A stretch of 64,000 nucleotides of DNA from positions 313 through 64,312 of the forward strand of contig CAZWKY010000002.1 in NCBI GenBank assembly GCA_964634095.1, in the 5' to 3' direction. How positions within the stretch are numbered: position 1 is the stretch's first letter; each line of letters begins with the position of its first letter. Below, piece by piece: positions 58,452 through 64,000 of this stretch. This DNA is from an uncultured Methanomassiliicoccales archaeon (lineage in GTDB: Archaea; Thermoplasmatota; Thermoplasmata; Methanomassiliicoccales; Methanomethylophilaceae). The notes below the pieces were generated by a model. It did no database searches. It was not told where the DNA came from and saw only the letters and a program-made list of their open reading frames with translations. The position numbers and the translations under genes are program-made.

Positions 58452-60389
58452 ATGAAGAAAGAGATGAGTTCCTTCGATGTACGTTCCGTCGTCACCGAGC
58501 TCTCGGTCCTCGAGGGCGCGCACATGGACAAGATCTTCCACTGGGGCGCGGGCAATGTCCTGTTCCGTCTGAACGTCCAGGGCGAAGGTAAGAGGGAGCT
58601 CTTCTTCAAGGACAAGAAGTGGCTGTACTCGCCGGATGTCAAACCCGAAACCCCCACCATGCCCACATCCTTCGCATCGTTCCTCAGGAAGTACATAGAC
58701 AACGCCCGTGTCGGAAGGATACAGCAGGTCGGATTCGACAGGGTCGTGGACATGGAGCTCTTCAAGGCCGATGGGGAGTACCACCTGATCTTCGAGATGT
58801 TCGGCGGAGGGAACGTCCTCCTGGTGAAGGACGGCATCATCCAGAACTGTCTCATCCAGAAGACCTGGAGGGACCGTGCCACCCGTCCCGGGGAACAGTA
58901 CCTGTCACCCAAATCCAGGTTCGACCCCACCGTCTCCTCCGAAGAGGATTTCATAACATCCTTCCGCTCGTCAGACGCTGACTGCGTCAGGACACTCGCC
59001 ACATCGGTGAACCTCGGAGGACAGTATGCGGAGGAGATCTGCAAACGCGTGGGCATCGACAAGAACACCCCCTCGTCCGAGGTGGATGACACCACACTCT
59101 CGCAGATGTACGCCGCCATGAGGTCCATCGTGGAGAAGGTCCTCGATGTCCCCGAACCCACCGCATACATCAGGGATGGGAGGATAGAGGACTTCGCACC
59201 CATCCAGATGGCCTCCCACGACGACATGGAGTCGAAACGCTACGAGACCACATCCAAACTCATCCACGCGTACATGGAGGAGATCTCCGATGCGGAGGAG
59301 GAGGCCTTCGTCGACCCCGAGATCGAGAAGCTCAACAGGAGGATCTCCAAGCAGGAGGAGACCCTGGACGAGTACAGGGTGCAGTGCGAGGAGCTCCGCA
59401 GGAAGGCGGACTCCCTCTACACCGATTATCAGAACGCCAACGACCTCCTGAACGTGCTCATGGAGCAGTCATCGAAGCTCACCTGGGAGAAGCTCAGAGA
59501 GGGTGCGATGAAGATCCCCTTCGTGAAGGACATCGACCCCTCCAGGAACCTGGTCACCGGGATGTTCGCAGGGGAGACCATCACACTGGACTACACCAAG
59601 GGCATCGACGCCAACGCATCCGACATCTACCAGAAGGGGAAGGATGTGGGGGAGAAGGCCAAACGTGCCGAGGAAGCCCTGGAGGAGAGCCGTGCCGAGC
59701 TGGCGAAGAAGCAGAAGGGCATAGATAAGGCGAAGGCGTTGGCCGCAGGCAAGGCACAGCCCACCAAGCAGTTCTGGTTCGAGAGGTACAAGTGGTTCAT
59801 ATCCTCCAGAGGGAAGCTAATCATCGCCGGAAAGGATGCCCACAGCAACGACAACATCGTCAAGAAACATCTGAAGGACGGGGACCTCTACGCCCATGCG
59901 GATGTCCACGGTGCCCCGTCGGTGGTGATAAAGGAGGGCGCCAAGGCGGACAACGACGAGCTCAGGCAGGGATGCCAGTTCGCATTGGCCCAGTCCAAGG
60001 CCTGGATAGCCGCACTCTCCGAGGGGAGCGCGTTCTGGGTGTACCCCGACCAGGTGAGCAAGACGCCGAATCCCGGGGAGTTCGTTCCGAGAGGAGCGTT
60101 CATCATCCGCGGTAAGAGGAACTACGAGTACCATCTCCAGATCGAACTGGTGGTCGGAGAGGTCTACTACCAGGGCGCCAGGAAGGTCATGTGCGGACCC
60201 GCGGAGTGCTTCAAGGACTGCGACAGATACTTCGTGATCCGTCCCGGACGCGGAAAGGGCGGACGCAAATCCAGCGAGATGGCCAAGAGGTTCCAGGTCC
60301 CCGAGGAGGAGATCTCCAGGATCCTACCCCCGGGCGACGTGGAGATCGTCCGCGAGGTCTGGCCCGTTGATTCCGCTACGGATGAGTGA
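58452..60389 (+). CDS. rqcH: Archaeal Rqc2/NFACT ribosome quality-control protein
   Basis: Motifs MSSFD, F..FLRKY, FDRV, WFERYKWF, HADVHGAP, GAF.IRGKRNY. Confidence 0.92.
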   Translation: MKKEMSSFDVRSVVTELSVLEGAHMDKIFHWGAGNVLFRLNVQGEGKRELFFKDKKWLYSPDVKPETPTMPTSFASFLRKYIDNARVGRIQQVGFDRVVDMELFKADGEYHLIFEMFGGGNVLLVKDGIIQNCLIQKTWRDRATRPGEQYLSPKSRFDPTVSSEEDFITSFRSSDADCVRTLATSVNLGGQYAEEICKRVGIDKNTPSSEVDDTTLSQMYAAMRSIVEKVLDVPEPTAYIRDGRIEDFAPIQMASHDDMESKRYETTSKLIHAYMEEISDAEEEAFVDPEIEKLNRRISKQEETLDEYRVQCEELRRKADSLYTDYQNANDLLNVLMEQSSKLTWEKLREGAMKIPFVKDIDPSRNLVTGMFAGETITLDYTKGIDANASDIYQKGKDVGEKAKRAEEALEESRAELAKKQKGIDKAKALAAGKAQPTKQFWFERYKWFISSRGKLIIAGKDAHSNDNIVKKHLKDGDLYAHADVHGAPSVVIKEGAKADNDELRQGCQFALAQSKAWIAALSEGSAFWVYPDQVSKTPNPGEFVPRGAFIIRGKRNYEYHLQIELVVGEVYYQGARKVMCGPAECFKDCDRYFVIRPGRGKGGRKSSEMAKRFQVPEEEISRILPPGDVEIVREVWPVDSATDE

Positions 60390-60429
60390 GAAGTCTTAAG
60401 TAATGGAAAACGGCGTACGGGCGGTTTTA

Positions 60430-60443
60430 TTGAACATGCTCAA
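60430..60443. promoter_or_regulatory. Third TTGAACATGCTCAA operator copy, abutting a TATA-like ATATAAA
   Basis: Exact match to 57631-57644. Confidence 0.65.
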
Positions 60444-60572
60444 ATATAAACCCCTGACCGGGGGAAGACCGCCTGAACGCCGTTAATCCACCCACGGAAT
60501 CCGACAACTACGACAAATGTATTTATCTAAGGTTCATCGGGAGGGATGCAGTAAGCACTGCATGTGATGAAC

Positions 60573-61052
60573 ATGTCGGAGACAACAAGCAAGATCAATC
60601 TGTTCGGGCTGATCGGTTTCATCGGAACCATCATCCTGATCGTTGGTGTCTTCCTGAACTGGACAACATTCGAGTTCTCCTCATTCCTTGGATCCTCGAG
60701 TGACTCCATCACAGGATGGGACATCTTCAGCAATGAGGACTACAAGGACGTATTCGAGTACTCCTACGCCCCCGTTATCGCACTGGTCTGTGGAATCATC
60801 AGCCTGATCACCACAATCCTGCCCGTAGTCCACAAGGACGAGAAGGTCACCAAGCTCCTCGGAATCGTGACCCTGATCCTCGCAGTCATCGCTATCGTCA
60901 TCGGATTCCTGTTCTACGGAAACGTCAGCGACAGCGTGACCATCGCCGGAATGAGCGCAACCACCTCTGTCGCAGTCGGATTCTGGCTGTGCATGGTCGG
61001 AGCGATCATCACCGCTGTCGGCGGAATCGTCGACATCCTGAAGAACCAGTAA
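60573..61052 (+). CDS. 4-TM membrane protein of unknown function
   Basis: FLNW..ITGWD..GFWL pattern; four hydrophobic helices; UUCG hairpin at 61066-61079 after the stop. Confidence 0.8.
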   Translation: MSETTSKINLFGLIGFIGTIILIVGVFLNWTTFEFSSFLGSSSDSITGWDIFSNEDYKDVFEYSYAPVIALVCGIISLITTILPVVHKDEKVTKLLGIVTLILAVIAIVIGFLFYGNVSDSVTIAGMSATTSVAVGFWLCMVGAIITAVGGIVDILKNQ

Positions 61053-61185
61053 ACCTGATCCAAACGGGCCTTCGGGCCCAACCTTCCGTTTTTATCAGAA
61101 TACCCACAGAGACATATCCGTGGACAATGACCATGGTGATTGGACAGCAATGACTGTCCGTGATAGGAACCATCAAAAAAAGAGA

Positions 61186-61262
61186 TGGTGCCCGCGCCGG
61201 GATTCGAACCCGGGTCAAGAGATCCGCAATCTCACAGGATATCCAAGCTACCCCACGCGGGC
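61186..61262 (-). tRNA. tRNA-Arg(GCG)
   Basis: Anticodon loop TTGCGGA; CCA encoded; oligo-T downstream. Confidence 0.95.
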
Positions 61263-61298
61263 AAAAGCTGCGGAAACCGGTTAAGGTTTAAGGCGTTT

Positions 61299-61490
61299 TC
61301 ATGCCTCAGGGTGAGACAGGTAGCGGGTGATGTATCCTGCGATCCTGTTCCTCATTGTCACCGATGAGACATCTGTGAGAGTGCTGACCATTTCCTTGTT
61401 GCCCTCAAAATCCTTGCTGAATGCCTGGGGATATTTGTTGATCAACTCAATGGATACTCTCTTGATGTAGGTGGGTCTTATTCTTCCCAT
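61299..61490 (-). CDS. rps17e: 30S ribosomal protein S17e
   Basis: Motifs MGRIRPTYIKR and RNRIAGYIT. Confidence 0.97.
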   Translation of the reverse strand: MGRIRPTYIKRVSIELINKYPQAFSKDFEGNKEMVSTLTDVSSVTMRNRIAGYITRYLSHPEA

Positions 61491-61714
61491 ATCTTTCACC
61501 GAGTAAACCCGATTAAGGAGATGCCCTATTTATAGGTACCCCTCGGAGGCCATACCAACTGGCCCGCCATTTTCCAGACAAATGATCCAAACCTCGATTC
61601 TGCCACCCATGATGCGGTCAAAGTTGGCAGGAACGAAGCACGACCATCCGACGATACGGCCTGAAGAACGGTCCGTTCGTTTCAATACGGAACACAACCT
61701 GTCCCGTCCGAACA

Positions 61715-62368
61715 TCATCTACGGGGTTTCCCACAGGACTTCTTCCCCTCGGGACATGACCCACGGATGCACGGAGGTCCCGCATCCCTGAAGATCACCG
61801 GGGACTCCTCCCTGCAGATCTCCAACATCCTGTCGGCCATCTCGCGTATCTCCCACTGGGCACGGTTGCAGCACCTGAGTGAGAAGAAATGCAGGAGCTC
61901 ACGTGCGTTCATCGTGACGGTGATGTTCGTGGTACACCCGTTGGGGAGTAAATACCTCGCATCCTCCGGAGGGATCCCCAGCTCCTCGAGCCTCCTGTAC
62001 GCATCCCATATTGCGTCCATGGTCTCGTCGAACACCTTCGATGCCTCTGCATCACCCTCGACCGTGTGCGGAGTGACATAGGATGCGGAATCCATGGACA
62101 CATACCTCTGACTCTGCTGGGAGAAGGACGCCACACGGTGCCTGACCAGCTGATGGGTCAGGGCCCTCGAGACCCCCTCCACGGAGAATGTGAACACCGC
62201 ATGCTCGATCACCGAATGATGACCCATCCCCACGATCCTCGACAGTACCTTCTCCGATTCTATATCGTCGACGATGTCCGCGGAGGACCTCTCGGAATAA
62301 CATGAGTTCCCCGCCGCGGCACATATGGCGTCGGCGTTCTGTGTGCATGCGAGCAATGTTACCTTCAT
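61715..62368 (-). CDS. thyX: FAD-dependent thymidylate synthase
   Basis: Motifs GH.SV.EH, RHRVASFSQQSQRY, NAREL.HF.LR. Confidence 0.96.
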   Translation of the reverse strand: MKVTLLACTQNADAICAAAGNSCYSERSSADIVDDIESEKVLSRIVGMGHHSVIEHAVFTFSVEGVSRALTHQLVRHRVASFSQQSQRYVSMDSASYVTPHTVEGDAEASKVFDETMDAIWDAYRRLEELGIPPEDARYLLPNGCTTNITVTMNARELLHFFSLRCCNRAQWEIREMADRMLEICREESPVIFRDAGPPCIRGSCPEGKKSCGKPRR

Positions 62369-63084
62369 CTCCCCTCATCTCCGTTCCATACCATGTCGCG
62401 GACCTTGTCCATACGTCCCTTGTCCATCAGGTCCGCCAACCTGATCTTCCTGATCACCGGATCCCTCAGCATGGGGCAGATCCCCTCCACATGCGCATCC
62501 CCCACGACCACCACCATGTTGGAGTGTGTCTCGGATGCCCTGTTGATCTGCTCCGCCATGTGGACGTTCCTCTCGTCGATGAGCTTCCTGACGAGTGTGG
62601 GGTATCTCCTCCTCATACCCTCGATGTAGCTCTGCTCATCCTGGGCGAAGCTGTCCTGGACACGCTTCACCTTCTTCTTCCCACCGATGTTGTCGGATAT
62701 CCCCGAGAGCCTGTAACGGATCCTCTCGCCGGTGGACATCTCCTCCCACATCTCGTTCATGACGCGCATCGCATCGGTGTCGATCGGAATGATCTCAGCT
62801 CCGACGAGTTTGCCGGTGTTGACGGCGGCCAGGAACTCCCCTCCCAGCTGTGCACCGTGCTCCTCGGACATCCTCTGCTGATACTTGGCGGTCTGACGGT
62901 AGATGGCGGACATCTCCTGTGTCCCCTCGGACTGCTTGGCATCATCCTTCTGGGAGTTCATCAGGGAGTTGTAACGGGACATGTCCAGCTCGATGAGCAC
63001 GGCATCGGGCCAGGTGTTCTTGACGATGAAGGAGACAGGCTCCGCCAGGTTGAAGACGTGACCCGTGCCGATGATCGTGATCAT
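62365..63084 (-). CDS. TraB/GumN (Tiki)-family protein
   Basis: Motifs IGTGHV, IELD..R, GGEF..A, LIDERN.HMA, VVGDAH..GI. Confidence 0.82.
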   Translation of the reverse strand: MITIIGTGHVFNLAEPVSFIVKNTWPDAVLIELDMSRYNSLMNSQKDDAKQSEGTQEMSAIYRQTAKYQQRMSEEHGAQLGGEFLAAVNTGKLVGAEIIPIDTDAMRVMNEMWEEMSTGERIRYRLSGISDNIGGKKKVKRVQDSFAQDEQSYIEGMRRRYPTLVRKLIDERNVHMAEQINRASETHSNMVVVVGDAHVEGICPMLRDPVIRKIRLADLMDKGRMDKVRDMVWNGDEGR

Positions 63085-63119
63085 AGGGGGTGTGAAGGAG
63101 GGGAGTCTAATTAAGGTGA

Positions 63120-64000
63120 CTACTGGACAACGGGGATGTCCGTACTCGGCCTGTGTCTCCTCATGAACACCTCATCGGGGTCCACCCATCCTGTGGACTC
63201 CAATGCCGCACGGACATAGTCCTTCACCCGCCACATCATGTACAGAGGAATGTGTGTGACACGTCCTATCGAGGTCTCAGGGTCCATCGAGGCCTTCACC
63301 GCCACCCTGGGATCGTATTTCTCGCGATACACCTTCAAACTCTTTGAGGACTTGGCCTGACCAGCTTTGACTTCGATTGGAACAGGCTCATAAAACATGG
63401 GAACGAGGAAATCCACCTCTGCCTCTCCACCTGAACGCCAATAGAACCGATCATTACCGAGATGTGTGTTCAACTCCTGGAAGACAATACTTTCAGCCAT
63501 GGCCCCTTTGAAATCCTTATAGTAAGAAGGATCAGAATTGAGAAAATCTGAAGGAACACCTGATCTTAGGGAGAACAGACCTACGTCGGTCATGTACAAC
63601 TTATAGAACGTCTTGGCATACATCGCCAAAGGGATCGATGGTTTCTCCACCTGAACCACCTTCCCTACCATGCCTGCATTCTTCAACCATTGAACCGCGG
63701 ACTCCAGATCCGCTGCCCTGGCCCCCTTTACAGACTGTCCGAAGATGAAACGGCTATTGTCCTTCGTCAACTGCATGGGAATGCTCTCCCACACAGACTC
63801 CAAAGACCCCTTGTAATCTACAGGATGCTTCGCCAAATCATCATGGTATGTGTCCAATATCCAACTCTGGATAGCCCTCACATCGGGAAGACTATGGGTC
63901 TCAATCCATGCGGACACCGCGGCCGGCATCCCTCCAACGACCTGATACTCCCTCAGACGGTCCTCCAACATGGGGATCATGAAACGGGGAATCTGCTCAT
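63120..64000 (-). CDS. ATP-binding protein (AAA_14 + DUF4143), 5'-partial
   Basis: The frame stays open to the window edge; motifs YQVVGGMP, KLYMTDVGL, GAMAE, YWR..EVDFL..PIEVK. Confidence 0.9.
   Translation of the reverse strand, partial: EQIPRFMIPMLEDRLREYQVVGGMPAAVSAWIETHSLPDVRAIQSWILDTYHDDLAKHPVDYKGSLESVWESIPMQLTKDNSRFIFGQSVKGARAADLESAVQWLKNAGMVGKVVQVEKPSIPLAMYAKTFYKLYMTDVGLFSLRSGVPSDFLNSDPSYYKDFKGAMAESIVFQELNTHLGNDRFYWRSGGEAEVDFLVPMFYEPVPIEVKAGQAKSSKSLKVYREKYDPRVAVKASMDPETSIGRVTHIPLYMMWRVKDYVRAALESTGWVDPDEVFMRRHRPSTDIPVVQ

Noticed and set aside
60511-60520. GACAAATGT partial match to the nitrogen palindrome (also about 61577)
   Set aside because: The right half of the dyad is incomplete, so this is likely chance in AT-rich DNA.
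1-64000. Pyrrolysine (in-frame TAG) read-through proteins, expected in this lineage
   Set aside because: The real genes whose ends I checked stop at TGA or TAA, and none looked truncated at an amber codon with homology continuing.

Overview
64 kb of core chromosome from a GC-rich methanogenic archaeon, most likely Methanomassiliicoccales (gut/rumen Methanomethylophilaceae-like). The placement is inferred from archaeal r-proteins, RNAP, fibrillarin, thermosome, Kae1 and CCA-encoding tRNAs, together with an MtaA-family methyltransferase, an HdrD-like protein, ThyX and bacterial-type DnaK/DnaJ/GrpE, Apt, FolP and GSIII. About 65 CDSs and 8 tRNA genes are supported, including an exact tandem duplicate of tRNA-Pro(GGG). 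No rRNA, CRISPR array, integrase or transposase was found. Best leads: (1) a 4 x 23-bp tandem array directly upstream of an AAA_14/DUF4143 ATPase; (2) a two-gene unit of a ubiquitin-like protein lacking the C-terminal GG and a JAMM/MPN homolog lacking its metal ligands; (3) a near-identical palindrome shared by the glnA (GSIII) and alanine-symporter upstream regions, possibly a non-NrpR nitrogen operator; (4) a TTGARCATGYTCAA operator in three copies that suggests a TetR regulon (MMPL transporter plus a 4-TM protein); (5) a five-gene SPFH/zinc-ribbon/coiled-coil membrane operon; (6) a larA-hdrD-like-folP operon. Several apparent pseudoenzymes are also present. All calls come from motif recognition by eye; no database searches were run.
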